A DNA stretch of 63,995 bases, counting the filler, from Reticulomyxa filosa (lineage: Eukaryota; Protista; Foraminifera): the NCBI GenBank assembly GCA_000512085.1. It is 22 parts of 22 records of this genome, joined end to end, with 100 filler letters (N's around TTAATTAATTAA, not from the genome) between each part and the next. Parts side by side here need not be neighbours in the genome. Positions count along the whole stretch, not along the records: positions 38,066 to 42,193 come from ASPP01024612.1; positions 42,294 to 45,290 come from ASPP01012290.1; positions 45,391 to 47,204 come from ASPP01026321.1; positions 47,305 to 49,860 come from ASPP01028388.1; positions 49,961 to 51,210 come from ASPP01000034.1; positions 51,311 to 54,185 come from ASPP01028783.1; 16 more parts are not named here. One strand, given 5' to 3'. A program made the position numbers and the translations under genes. Positions 39,676-53,110 of the stretch are shown piece by piece (positions within the stretch are counted from its first letter, which is position 1; the number at the start of each line of letters is the position of its first letter). The notes below the pieces were generated by a model, which worked only from the letters and a program-made list of their open reading frames with translations, did no database searches and had not been told where the DNA came from.

Positions 39676-40076
39676 CCTTTGTGAAGATATGAAGGGGCAC
39701 GGTCTTAGCTGAGTTTTTGACCGCCGGTTAGAATTTTTACTTGCAAAAATAAGAGTGGAAAAAAGTTATTTAATGCTTATAATTAAAGGAAAAATCAGCA
39801 TAGAGGTTGCAACTATTTTTCAAAAATATTTTCCAGAAAACGTAAAAATATAACACAATCAAACAAATACCAAAAAGATAGCCAAGTTATCAAAACCACT
39901 AAATTGCAAAGTTTTGATTTTCAATAAAATTATCATTAAACTGTTTAAAAATACTTTTAATACGAGCAAAAAAGAAAAAAATGAATAAGTTTTAAAAAAA
40001 GACTTTTTACCGCAAATTTTAAAAATTCAAGTGTAGAATTTTCTGTTGTTCATAATTTTTTTCAAGACCTTGTTTA

Positions 40077-40720
40077 ATGAGGATGTCATTCAAGAGGTGT
40101 CTGACGCTTGTCCAAAAGCGTTGCTTCAAAACGCGAGTTATTGCAGAGCCGGCGTTGCCACCACCTTATCCAGTGAAAGCGTCGTTTGACTACAGTATGG
40201 CGGAACCAGTAAAGAACTGGGAAAAGGCAGTAGTAGACATTGGTGCCAACTATGAAAAACACAATGACTTATATGATCACTACAACAATCAAGAACTCGT
40301 TATGAACGACGAGACAAACTTTCCTGTGTTTTATTATGGGATGTATGGTGAATACTGGGCCGCAAACCACGGCGCGGGGATGCTGAAATTTCTCCGACGA
40401 AGAACGACAAGATCAGGTGTTTATAGACACAAATGGGCCGTAATGAACTGGTATCAACGCAAATTGGACGAAAGAGGAGTGCATTGGGAATTTCCACGTG
40501 GACAAGATTACCAGGTAAAACCCAGAAAAAAAGGGGGGCAAATTAAAATGAGCTTTTTTTTTTGGGATGACAATTGTGATAAAAATAGATTGTGCTGAAA
40601 TGGTTACTTTATGCCTTTCTTAGTGGTGTGACGGTGAAACAATTGCTTAACATTTCCACTCACCGCAAAAATCACAAACCACTTCCAGAAGCAGATACCT
40701 ATCCTCCAAGAATCAGTTAA
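40077..40720 (+). CDS. Putative mitochondrial single-pass membrane protein, two exons (intron 40515-40588)
   Basis: Arg-rich, acid-free N-terminus MRMSFKRCLTLVQKRCF; spliced C-terminus IVLKWLLYAFLSGVTV...YPPRIS*. Confidence 0.6.
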
Positions 40721-41562
40721 ATATTTCTTACTTTTTTTTTTTGTTTTATGTGACCCCTTTCTGTCCTTCTTTGGTAAAACACTCCTGTGCTTTCTTTATT
40801 GTTTGTTCACAGACTTGCCGTTCTATGTCTACATTTTGCACTCCATTCCTTCTCCAAACTTTGAGATTTATTGAGAATAATTATGTTGGCTTAGATCCAA
40901 TACTTAAAATTATGCCTCAACACACCCTTTTTGTTTTTCTTTTATTTGCACTTGATTTTTCAATACATTTTGAACCTTGTCTAACCAAAAAAAAAAATAT
41001 CCCCCTGGGAAGAGTGAGGTTGTGAATCTCAAAAAGTTTCTTGGTATTGGTTTAATCTCTTTTGATGCTTGTGTATGAAAAAAAATGGTTGGGTTTCTCT
41101 TCCAATTTAACTTCAAGGATTGCATTCAATGAGATTATACGCAAAAACGGCACTTTTTGCCATAAAAAATTCTTACCTGGATTTTGTTTTTCTCTGTTAA
41201 TTTTTAAACAATTGTGTTTACGTTCGACATTTGTAACAAAATTTGAGTGTGGAGTCAAATTGGAAACATTTGCTGGATTATTCGTTGTATGCTGATTCCA
41301 TTTTTCAAAACGTTTTTTTTTAAGGCCAAATTACTTGTTTGAAACGTCACAAATTTCAACAAAGACACTTTTAAGATTTACAAGTTGTTGGAAACAACTG
41401 TTTTTTCACAAAAATATGCATTTTATCAGGATTAGTACAGTTTAAAATTACGGCGCACCCGCGTTTCCTTCTTCTTCACTCCCATTATCGTTTTCATTTT
41501 TATCTTCCTGCCTGTTTACAGGCTGTGAATCGGAATTTTCGTTCTTAATTTTCTCTTTTATC

Positions 41563-41970
41563 TCAACTTTTTTTGGGAAGAGCTAAATTCAACTCATTTT
41601 CAAGGATGGTGTACTCTTTTCGCAGGTATTCTGCAAATACAGTAAATTGTTTTCGATTGATTCCGTCATTTTGGTGAGGTATTTGAGTGTTCAATTGATT
41701 TAAAATAGCATTAATGTATGGTTTACATTGTGTACGATTTGGAGCTTGCTGTGTAGGATTTCTCTTTGTGCAAAAATAAGCCAAGCATACGTAAATTAGT
41801 TCAGCTAACTGATCATTCTTTAGAACACGTTCTTGTTGAGATTTTGTGCTTTGGTTGGTCACATCCAGCCATAGGTCCTCTGCGGATAACTTTTCCTGTA
41901 AAAAGTCGATAATTTTGGACTGTCTCTCATTTAAGGCGTATTTTTTGCCATTACTGTAATGATTACCCAT
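41563..41970 (-). CDS. Hypothetical small protein with possible N-myristoylation (MGNHYS) and degenerate EF-hand-like helices
   Basis: Clean 135-codon ORF; LWLDVT..VLKNDQL and QNDGINRKQF. Confidence 0.5.
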   Translation of the reverse strand: MGNHYSNGKKYALNERQSKIIDFLQEKLSAEDLWLDVTNQSTKSQQERVLKNDQLAELIYVCLAYFCTKRNPTQQAPNRTQCKPYINAILNQLNTQIPHQNDGINRKQFTVFAEYLRKEYTILENELNLALPKKS

Positions 41971-43656
41971 ATTACTGAATTTTTTTAAAAAGTATCTTGA
42001 TTGGTGTTTGAGCAAAATGCAAAAAACTGCTCATAAAGAAACTCTTTTTTATTTAAAAAAAGCTTTAGTTTATATTGTAATAAATAATGTTGAGCTAATA
42101 ATGAATCGGCCAGTGAAAAAAAAGGAACATTGAGAAAAACAAAAGAGGAATCATTCTTCCATTAAAAAGAGAAAGCAGGAAAAAAAAAAAAAANNNNNNN
42201 NNNNNNNNNNNNNNNNNNNNNNNNNNNNNNNNNNNNNTTAATTAATTAANNNNNNNNNNNNNNNNNNNNNNNNNNNNNNNNNNNNNNNNNNNNTACAAAA
42301 ACATTCTTTTTTAAAAAAAAGGCGCTGCACGTTTTTTTTTAACATTGTAAGTTGGGAATTTCGATAATGAACAAAGTCACTTTTTTCCACTAATGCCTTA
42401 ATAACCATTCCCAAAGAAGTCAATGATAAATTGATACTTGTCCCTTCTTTTAATCTTTTAATTAAAACCCATTGAACGTAAAAAAACCTTTTAAAAAAGT
42501 TATATTACAAACAAAATAATAAGATCAACACCTAAGAATATTTTTTAAAAGTGTTCATTTGTAAATATTTATATAATCCACTTTGTCACATGATTATAAC
42601 TAAAATAAAAATATGAATTTTCTTTCTATCAAGAGTTTGTTAAATCTTGATAATTTGACTTGTTTTCCCGATTTTCTGCAATCTATCAAAAAAAATAATT
42701 TTGTTGAGGCAAAATCTTGATAGACACAATACAAAAGTAAAATGATTTGCCATGCCAGTGTTACTGTTTTTTATTAAAAAAGCAATTAAATAATTTACAT
42801 CTTTTTAATTTGAAAAACTCAGTCTGCAACGTGTGCTAGGTCAAATAATCTAACTTTCGATTTATTCATTTGACATGCTTAACTTGTACGTGTATGATCA
42901 TCCGCTGCATTGAGGAATTGAATAATATTATTGGTTGTTGTCATTTGTTTAATCAACGATCTTGCATTACGGGATTGTGGAGATGGTATTGCATTTACTA
43001 ATGCTCCTTTTTGTCTTTGCAATTTTTCTTAGTTTGATTGTCTTTGTGCTGTTGTTCCAAAAAAACTTCATGTCGACTCTTTTGTCGTAGAGTAGAGGAA
43101 AACGAGGGTGTAGGTTGGTTTGCAGTATAAACTCTTGGAGAAAAGATGTTCTTGTTTATTATTTTCATCATCGCTCAAATACTTTTTATTATTAAATGCG
43201 TTTTTTTTGTGAGCGCTCCAAAAACAAATTATGAACGTATCTGGAAAAAATTGCTTTATAAATGTTAATGTCTTAAAGATAAAATAATTTCGATAAATAG
43301 TATTGATTTCGTCATGAAGTAAATTAAATTTTGTCTACATCATTTTGCATTATATCAAATAAAACGACTATTTGTATGGATATCACTTTTTCTATTTTAA
43401 GAGCGTTCACAAAGGACTGTATTGCCGAAAAAACAGGACTTTTCTAACGTATGATTCCTATGTTGTTATAATATATTATAGTAAATACAGGAATAACGTG
43501 ACAATTAATTTTTAAATAAGTCTTAATAACTGGACTGCATTTGTTTAGTGGCAAGCCCCTTTATTCGAAAAAGTTCCAAGTTTAAATCTTGCATCATACT
43601 CATTATCCCATCTTTTAAGAGAAGCTCAAGAGAAAAAGCAGCAGAAGTTGAAAAAA

Positions 43657-45037
43657 ATGGGAAAACATATCAGTAAAATATTGTCGTCGACACAGCAACG
43701 AGAGGTTCGTTTCATTTCAACTCGTCAGAAAGAGTTATCTTTTAAGATTCGATTATGTATTTGATTTAAGATAAATCTGTCAACAGAGGAAGAAATTAAA
43801 GTAATTATTAAATATTGGGCTAGAATATTGAACATCAAACTAGGATGGATCCAGGATTTTGACAGACTTGTTGTTAAATATGTTAGTTCATTTGTTTTTT
43901 TATTCAATGTCAAATATTTATTTGTTTTATTCATGTCACATAAGACAGGCAACTTTCTTTATGTTTGAGATGTTTCGTTCATCGTCCAAATTGATCAAGA
44001 CTTTCACTAAACATATTGACATTGTGTGGAGTATTGATTCCACTACATTCGATAACTATCAATTCATTTGTTCTGGATCAGATGATAGTACAGTTTGTGT
44101 ATGGAATGTAATGACCAATGATCAAAGTCAATCATTCAATGAACATTCAAATAATGTGTTTTGTGTGAAATTTTCGCAATATTATTATCAAAATCATCGT
44201 CGCCGTGTTATTTGTTCTTCATCAGCTGACACAACCATTCGTTTTTGGGATTTCAAACATAACCAACAATTCCAAATATTCAATGAGCACACGGGCTGGG
44301 TTTGTGGTATTGAATTTTCATCATTTAATGGTGGTCGATATTTGTGTTCTGGGTCATTTGATAGAACTGTTCGTTTATGGGATGTGGAAACATCCAAGTC
44401 ATTACATATTTTTAATGGACATGAAAATGGTGTTTGGTGTGTAGATTTTTCACCATTGCAAAATAACAACAATGACAAAAAAAATAATAAAAGTAATAGT
44501 ATTGGTTTAATTGGAGGTAATGGGTATACAATTTGTTCTGGATCACACGATAATACTATTCGTGTATGGGATATTGAAACAGCTAAACAAATCATTGTAT
44601 TCGAAGGACATAAAGATTGGATTAAAAGTGTAAAATATGGATCAAATGAACTGGGAACTAATGGCGGTGCAAATACAATATTATCTGGGTCTGCGGATAA
44701 GAGTATTTGTTTGTGGGATATTCGATCTGCTCAACAGATTCAAGTATTCAAAGGGCATACAGATTGTATATGGCCTGTTGAATATTCACCGTTTGTAATA
44801 GATAATATTGATGTTGGTGGTAGTTCAAATGTGATATGTTCTGCGTCAGATGATGACACAATTCGATTTTGGGATATTCGATCAAATAATAATGAATTGT
44901 ACGTTATCAAAGGAAATGATAAAAGAAATGTTGGAATAAGATCTCTTAAATTTTTATCATTAAAAAATAATGCTGCTTATTTATGCTACGGTTCAATCAG
45001 AGGTCCAGTCTATGTTTGGGGAAAATCTTCATCTTAA
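43657..45037 (+). CDS. WD40-repeat protein, three exons
   Basis: MGKHISK..|EEEIKVIIKYWARILNIKLGWIQDFDRLVVKY|.. followed by 7 WD40 repeats in an intact frame. Confidence 0.92.
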
Positions 45038-45390
45038 GTAAGATGAACTTTGTTAAACAAATAAAAACAATTTTACAGTATGTTGTAGAGAAAACTGAAC
45101 GCCTAAAACATATCTTATGATGATAATTGATTTTCTCAATGAAAAATCAACATTTATACTTAATATTTTTTTAAAAAATATCTACAAATCTTGTAGTTTT
45201 TAAATATGATATTGATTTTTGAATAACTTTTTTTTTGTTGGATGAAATCAACATTCTTTCAAATGATTTTTGAAAATTCTGCGAGAATGCNNNNNNNNNN
45301 NNNNNNNNNNNNNNNNNNNNNNNNNNNNNNNNNNTTAATTAATTAANNNNNNNNNNNNNNNNNNNNNNNNNNNNNNNNNNNNNNNNNNNN

Positions 45391-45938
45391 TTATTATTAT
45401 TATTATTATCATTATTATTGTTATTATTATTGTTATCATTATTATTGTCGTTTGTTTTGTAATGCTGCATATTTGTATCGTATTTGATAAACATAACTGT
45501 CCACACGCTTGTAAGCCAAAACATCAATGGGAAATAACAGTGCAGTGGAAACGTTAGAATATACGTAAGTACAATCCATTTCATTTTGCTTGGGATCGTG
45601 TAGTACTTGTACACCATGTACACACAGATCAAGTACGACATTGTCGCCAATGACACTGCCAATGCTCGTCCGGTGCTGTTCTTAAATGTATACACTATCT
45701 CGTCCTTCAACACCATCGCCCACAACATTTGGTACAAATACACTGGCAATGATAACACAATCACCACCATCGTCAACATCGTCATCAAACATATTATCAC
45801 GTTCGACACGCACATATACCGTTGCGGCTCGCTTGGCTGTAGCCACTCCGACAATATCTGCGAGAGTGGAACGGAATAATATGGAGTATGATTTGTATGA
45901 TCATGCATTTCACTTCTTTCTGAGCCTGAGCTCGACAT
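45391..45938 (-). CDS. Hypothetical multi-pass membrane protein with poly-Asn, 3'-partial
   Basis: Three to four hydrophobic segments; (AAT/AAC)n at the contig edge. Confidence 0.55.
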
Positions 45939-46619
45939 TTTTGAGTTCACTCTATAATCTAACCAAAAAAAACAGGGAGACGTTACAATTACAATAGTAG
46001 TGAGACAGCTCTGTGGTACAAGAGAATGATAATGGGCTCCAAAACCTGTTACAAAATGCTGGTGTCAATTTTTGTGCGTTCCAAAGTCATGCCAAAGTGA
46101 GACTAAGCAAACCAGGCTACCTATCAATGCAAATGAATAATCGTGCCAACTTTTTAGAAGCGAAAAATTGTAAGATTTGTTTGGTTTTATTTTTTCTTAC
46201 GCTGTTAAAGGCACGACATGTTTTAAAAAAACTAAGTAAAACTAAGATATGTACAAAACAAAAAAAATGTACTAACAAACAAAAGAATTGTGTGCTTAAA
46301 ACACTAGGAGGCTAATAAATGGTTTTGTTATTTTTTCTTCAAGTTGTTTATGTTTTCTTTGGTGAGTGATTTTTTTGTTGTTATTTTTGAGAGCTACTAC
46401 TGGAACAAAAAAAATAAAAAAGAAAAGTTCTCTGTTCAGCGAAGGTATTTGTGTCCATATTAAAAAAAGGTTTTATGGGATGCCATGCGGAGCCCCCAAT
46501 GCCAGATGGTTATCCAAATCTTGCCAAAACAAGTTGTTTTTTTTTTTGTTCTTCTCCCCACACCAAAAAAAGAAAGATCTAGAGAAATCTAAACAAAAAT
46601 GTATACATACATATATCGG

Positions 46620-47162
46620 AACAGCTGTGGCATTGAACATATCAATTGTGAATTACACAACGAACGCAGCAACCTTGACACAGCTGCACTCATTTCTTGA
46701 AAACAGCACGATATGGACCAATATAACCACAGTTCCAATTGATGCATTTGTGAACTTTGGCCAAAGAGTTAACAAAGGAAATTTGTTTGTGTGACCACAG
46801 TGACGAATGACAATGAGAGGGAAAAGGAGAGTTTTTTTTTTTTTAAAAAAAAACAACAACCTGACATTTTTAAAAGCATACGTAGCATGCATGTATATAA
46901 AACCGAAAATGTGATCATTGTAAACGGGACGGACGGTGTATGAAAATAGCAAAACTACGCGGAAGAGCACGTATGCTGGGTGCGAACCAATCGGTCGGAC
47001 GCAATCGACTTTAGTCAAAACCAGACAGCGATTGATTCATCGGCGCTGGCGAACATATCAAGTTACATCTACCGGCACATTCAACAGCATTTGGACGGCA
47101 ACATTCAGCAAGAAAATCTTCAAGTGTCTATTGGAATTGGAAGTTGCCATCTGCCATCTAAA
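46620..47162 (+). CDS. Exon fragments of a hypothetical protein
   Basis: AVALNISIVNYTTNAATL..TIWTNITTVPIDAF and RTNRSDAIDFSQNQTAID..VSIGIGSCHLPS, bounded by intron-like tracts. Confidence 0.3.
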
Positions 47163-48254
47163 GTTTGTTTTTTTTTTTTTTTTTTTTTTAAAAAAAAAAG
47201 GAAGNNNNNNNNNNNNNNNNNNNNNNNNNNNNNNNNNNNNNNNNNNNNTTAATTAATTAANNNNNNNNNNNNNNNNNNNNNNNNNNNNNNNNNNNNNNNN
47301 NNNNGTTTTTTTTTTTAAAAGTAGTCCACTTGATTTTGGCTTTTAGTCTTTTTTAAAAATAACACAAATAATGCAATTTTTACAATTTGTCATTTTTTGA
47401 ACTTCTCTTATCACTGAATTCAAAGGAATAGTCGACATTTCTTCTGGATATTCAAAGACCTAGACACTGCAAGAAAAATTTTAAACATAAACTCTTTGTT
47501 GGATCCTCCCTTGCTTACTACTTTCTTAATGCTTTTAATTCTTTTTTTGGTTAACATTTTTGTTTAAAAAAGAATTTAAATGCCACATAAGGAATTTTTA
47601 TTTAAAGTTTTTAATTAAAATGTTTTTGATTTGATGACAACAGTAGCCTTGCATAACGATGAGCGGATTCATAAAAAAAATGTCCGAAAAATTATTTCTT
47701 AGAGATACAATATTTGACAACAAGTTTTTCATTTTAATGTTGAAAATTTGAAAAGTATTGAAATGGTAGAATTTTAAAAAATCTCAACCGATTGAACAAG
47801 GTAATCAAATTGTTAAAATAAAACAAAGGAAGAGATATTTCAACTCCAAACCAAGTTTTTTTACAAAGTTCATCATAACGTCCAGATGTTGACAATAACA
47901 TTTGAAGAGAATTATCTATTGATTGATGCAATTAAAACTTGAAGAGAAATTGAAATGGTAGAAAATTTGAAAAAATATGAAAAATTTGAGAAATTAATAA
48001 AATTGTTGAAACTAAATAATACAAAAAAAGAAAGATGCATTTTCAACTCTAATCTAAGTTGTTTTTTTTTAGGGTGGTTTTTAGAAAAGTTTATTAATAA
48101 CACTTTAACATGATAGTAAACTAACTCAACTCGGAAAATGCATAGTCCAGTCGAACAAGAGTTTTTCTTTTCCAACTTACAGTTGGAACCATATCTTAAT
48201 TGGATTGTTCTTACACACAGTCACGTTTCACTTCGTAGTTCCTCAACATGAACA

Positions 48255-48960
48255 ACCAAACCTTTCAAACTTTGAGAATCTCTTAGTGGAGTGGGCAACT
48301 TCTTCAATGTTTGCTACACAAACACGAACTCTTCATTTGTGGAGGCTACAAACAAAGAGCTTGTTATTCTTGTCATATACTCAAAAACGAATACAAGTTT
48401 ATCTGTGAGTATCCAATTGATGTTGAATTATTTGAACAATGTGTAGTGAAACTGGTAGATAACAATAATCAAATCACTTACTGTCTTTTGGTGGATATCC
48501 TAAACATACATTGGTGATGAAATATGTAAGTGTTTGGAGTAATGGCAGCAATAATGATGACGAAAATGAAAATGAAATAAAACTAACAAATCAAATAATT
48601 ATAATGAATATCTCCCTTTTACAGGCAATCACAATTGTCCAATTATCATTGGAAAAAAATGATGGTTATTATAATGGAGCGCGTGCAGCGATTGGTGGAG
48701 TCAACAATCATTTGTTATTTATCACCTATCCAACAAAGAATAACAACACTTTTCAATTTCATCAACTACATGCTTGTAATAATATTAAATCACTCAGTGA
48801 ATATGCGTATGTGCGTATCAATGATGTCATGTTATTCTTGGTGGATGGCATTTCTATAAAGTTATGCTTTAAAATCAGTGTACAAGTATTCAATTCGAGA
48901 AAACAAATTGATGACTTTACATAGTCGATTGTTTGGCTGTGCTACAATATTGAATGAAAA
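48255..48960 (+). pseudogene. Kelch-repeat family pseudogene
   Basis: LHKHELFICGGYKQRACYSCHILKNEYKFICEYP..CVVKLVD; GARAAIGGVNNHLLFITY; several frameshifts. Confidence 0.75.
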
Positions 48961-49251
48961 AGACAATGATATAGAGATCCTTTACAATTGGTAATGATTT
49001 ATTTATTTTAATGAAATAGAAATAAATTTGATTGTAAAATAATAAACATGACAATATTGAAAATAAGAAAGGAAATTACTCATGAGTTTTAATACAATTT
49101 AGTGCAATTATTCTTTTTTTTCCTAATATACACAATTTATTGTCTGTTGTTTTTATCTTCTTTTTTTATATCAACAATAATCTATTCCATATCTGGAAAA
49201 CAAAAATTTACGTTCATATTTGTATGGAATATCAATGAAAAAGGACTGTGT

Positions 49252-49800
49252 TTACTTATTCAATCCAAGCCAAAAAACTTGAAATGATTTTTTACAAATG
49301 TACCCCTTTTTAAAAAAATAAAAATTGCACACAAATGACAAACACCATTTTGGATTTTTCAAAAAATTTTGAATATTTTGTCGCAGAGCATAATCAGGAA
49401 AAAGCTCTAAATTTCCATTTGTCATTAAAGAAGAATAATTTGGAATATTTTTATATTGATTCATAATTGATGATCGATCATATGTTATTCCATTCAAAGC
49501 AATTACAGGATCCTCCATAATTAAATTTGACAATGGACATAAATACTCTTTTGGAATAACGTGTTTTGCACTTTTGTTAGAGTAAATTACATTGATTGGG
49601 TATTTCTTGCAAATTTCATTGAATGAGTCATGAATATTACAAGCTTGAGAAAATGTCTCAAAATCAAATATACTCATCAAATCAGTTTTTGATAATTTTG
49701 ATAATGACAGTCCGTCAATTTTATTTTTTTTAATAATTTCATGAACTTGATTGATTTTTGATTTTTTACATTCCAAAGTATGTCCAATGAAAATTGAAAT
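49252..49800 (-). CDS. SAM-like + U-box domain protein, 3' part (5' disrupted or truncated)
   Basis: KNKIDGLSLSKLSKTDL (SAM-like); IPKEYLCPLSNLIMEDPVIALNGITYDRSSI...LFPDYALRQNI (U-box). Confidence 0.75.
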   Translation of the reverse strand: MSIFIGHTLECKKSKINQVHEIIKKNKIDGLSLSKLSKTDLMSIFDFETFSQACNIHDSFNEICKKYPINVIYSNKSAKHVIPKEYLCPLSNLIMEDPVIALNGITYDRSSIMNQYKNIPNYSSLMTNGNLELFPDYALRQNIQNFLKNPKWCLSFVCNFYFFKKGYICKKSFQVFWLGLNK

Positions 49801-51310
49801 TTCTTGTGAAATATTTCTTTCTCAAATTGTGGAATACCAACGTAGATTTTGATCAGACCGNNNNNNNNNNNNNNNNNNNNNNNNNNNNNNNNNNNNNNNN
49901 NNNNTTAATTAATTAANNNNNNNNNNNNNNNNNNNNNNNNNNNNNNNNNNNNNNNNNNNNCCTTTGAAAAAGGAACATATTTTAATGAAAAATTCAGTTT
50001 GATTTGTAGTCGTATTTGATATTTTTCTAACATATTTTTTGTTAAATGAGCAATATATTGTATTCACCTTTTGAAATAAAAATAACTTTGATATTTAAAA
50101 TATATGAATTTATAGTATTGTTCCTTTTAAACAGTATTATATTCATTATGATTTACTGACAAAAATTGAAAGCATCATTGGCTTTTTTGTACGAACATTT
50201 CATCAAAACTTTAAATGGAATTAAGTTTTGTTGAAAATATAAATGCAATATGTAGAAGAAGTGTGGAAGCTGGCATTATGTGTAATGAAAGATTACCCTT
50301 TTGCATAAACTTCAACAAAAAACAAAAATAATTCAATGCAAAAAAAACCATAAAATTTTGTTGTTCAAACTAAAATGTGATAAATAGTAATCCAAAACTT
50401 CAAATGTTTCTAGGGCTCGTTTAGGGGGTCTTGTAATTGTAGTTTTTCAAATCGACAATTTCCCGTAATCTTTGCCTCTAAGAGATGCAGTACTACTGTC
50501 ATAACGTCAGATTCGTTTAGCAACAGTTGTTTGTGTGTGATATACAGTGCATTAATGATTGAAATGAGCATTCGCCATCAATTATTGACACAAAGAAAAG
50601 CATTGAAAGCATCACAAACATTAATATATTGCAATTGTGTATAGAAAGTAAAGACACCAAAAATGCATTTGTACGCATGCATAGCATGATTGATGGAGAT
50701 TTAATTACAATAAGCTATAGCAATGTGAGCATTAACACATTGGGCTATGTTATATACATTGAGATAGATGACAATTTGTTTATTGGTAAAACAATAATGT
50801 CATTGTTGACAAGCTATGGAAATGTAAAATTACAATCGAATGTAACACAAAGCATATTTGAAACAGCAACAATGATTGGAGATTGGGTTCATACAATCTA
50901 AATAACATGTAAATTTATTCTACGTATGGACGATTTTGCAAAAATGATAGCGATACGTCATATCTCTTAGTTTGTTTCAAATTATGTATTTTTCATACAA
51001 AAACAAAACATGCATATTCCTTTAATGTGAAAAGCGTAAATTATTTTAGAACCAATTTCGGTCTTTCTACGGCACTTTTACACCAATAGGAACTGTAATA
51101 AGTAAAAAAAGTTGGTATTTTTTCAGTAATTTTCAAAAGTGCATATAATTGAGTTTTCTCGCAAATGGAAAGGAGTTATTGAGTCGCGATAGCGCGGACC
51201 TGGTGGTACTNNNNNNNNNNNNNNNNNNNNNNNNNNNNNNNNNNNNNNNNNNNNTTAATTAATTAANNNNNNNNNNNNNNNNNNNNNNNNNNNNNNNNNN
51301 NNNNNNNNNN

Positions 51311-52377
51311 TATCGTTTTAGGCGTTCAGTTTTCTTTGCAACCTACTGTAGTTGTCAATAGAAAAGTGCAGGATCTTGTATTTGGGCTGAAGCAAGTATG
51401 GATATGCGTAGTTACCAATTGCAAGTCTTCCATGAAGTTGTCCATTTTCGCCAGAAACTGTTGCACCTGTTCGTCTTTGTTGTCGTCCGTCACCATGCTG
51501 GTCGCCGTCAATATACTGCCTCTGATCCATTCCAATATATCATGTTTCAATGCCGTTGTTGATGATTTTCTTATCATTCAAATTTTCATTACTTATATCA
51601 TTGCTATTACTATTATTATTGTTATTATTATTATTATCTTCTTGTCTCCATTGTGACCATTGACGACTTGTTCCTTTCAAAATACGATCCATGTCACTCT
51701 TTGTATCTTCGATTTCACAGATTGCCAATGTCGTCACTAACACATTAGGCATTTCCACTCCCAACTACAACGCGTCACTGATGTCCGATCGGATCTGCTT
51801 TTCTATTGCCACGCCACTGTCTCCAAAATACTAAAGTCTCCGCTACTATGGTGCTGCTGCTTATTACGTTGGCCGCTGCTTGCAAACTTCTCTCTCCTTG
51901 CTCAAATGTTCGCTTCTTCAGATTCACCAATACTGTCACATTATCATACGCTGGCTTCAGGTTCTTATCAATGTCCGATCCGAACATCTCCAATGCTCTT
52001 TTCCCATGCCCGGGAATCTCTCGGAACAGGCTCACCACGTTAAAGGTCATCACCAGGTTCTTCGATGCTTGAGAGATTTTCAAAGTCTTGGATCAGGTTC
52101 TTGTATTCTTTGCATTTCTTGTCAATTAACTCAAACCCATCCAATACACTTTGCGGATCCTTCACTGCTGATCGCGTTAGTTACAATGCTCGCTGTGTCT
52201 TTACCAGTTGCGTGCTTACTAGTGTCTCCAATTGTCTGTCGCATTCAGCGCTCATTCGCCTCAATGCTTGCATCTCAAACGGAAGCGAATGCAGATTTTT
52301 CGAATAATTCCAATTCATCATTTTTTTTTTTGTTAAGTTTTTTTTTCTCCTTACGAACGCAAACGAAGCTGACCCCT
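51311..52377 (-). CDS. Hypothetical coiled-coil protein exons with frameshifts
   Basis: Consecutive - strand ORFs 52181-52420, 51775-52083, 51540-51764 and 51326-51577 with coding-like composition. Confidence 0.4.
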
Positions 52378-52899
52378 GACAAAAAATAAGAGATGTCAGG
52401 TAAAACAAGTTCTTTTTCACATTTTTTTTAAAATAAAGCTAATAAAAAGGAACATTAATTAACATATATTAAACTTCTAACTGTCATTTTATGTCCAGCA
52501 TCAATTGTATAGAAATGCATTACATATTCATTTTAGAGTTTGATTTTGATCAAGCTAAAAAAAGCAAAATTAAAGACCAACAGATAACAGGAAGTTAAAA
52601 CTATTTTATTTTTCTTTATTAGTTCAATTGCTGTCATCGTGGGATAACATGTCGTCCATCAATCGAATAACTGATCATTGGTTATGTGAAATTGTCAAGT
52701 GTTGCAGTAATCCAATTCCAATATTTGTGTTTATAAACAAACGTGATATGTATTGTGGCGATTTAATATCAACATACTTTCAACTTATAAACAAATGGTG
52801 AATTATTGAGCATAAACCTTTTTTAAACTATCAAGGCATAAAAAAGGAATTATAGTAAATTTTTTTTGTTTAAAAGTTCACTTTCGAAATTTCATCAAA

Positions 52900-53110
52900 T
52901 GATGACAAATTTTCAAAATCTCAATAAATTACCTTTTCATTTTGTCAGACACAATGTGTGGTACACAAACAGGAAATCCTTATTTGTGGGGGTTTTCAAC
53001 AAAGAAAGTATTATTCCTATGACTTATGCAAAGACAAATACAAGCTTATTTGTGAGTACCCAGCTGATGTGGAATTGGTAGGACACTGTGTAGTAAAATT
53101 AGCAGATTAC
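52900..53110 (+). pseudogene. Kelch-repeat remnant
   Basis: QCVVHKQEILICGGFQQRKYYSY...YKLICEYPADVELVGHCVVKL; same family as 48255-48960. Confidence 0.7.

Noticed and set aside
49961-51210. 90-aa ORF at 50629-50901
   Set aside because: No recognisable domain and flanked by stops; at best an unassignable remnant.
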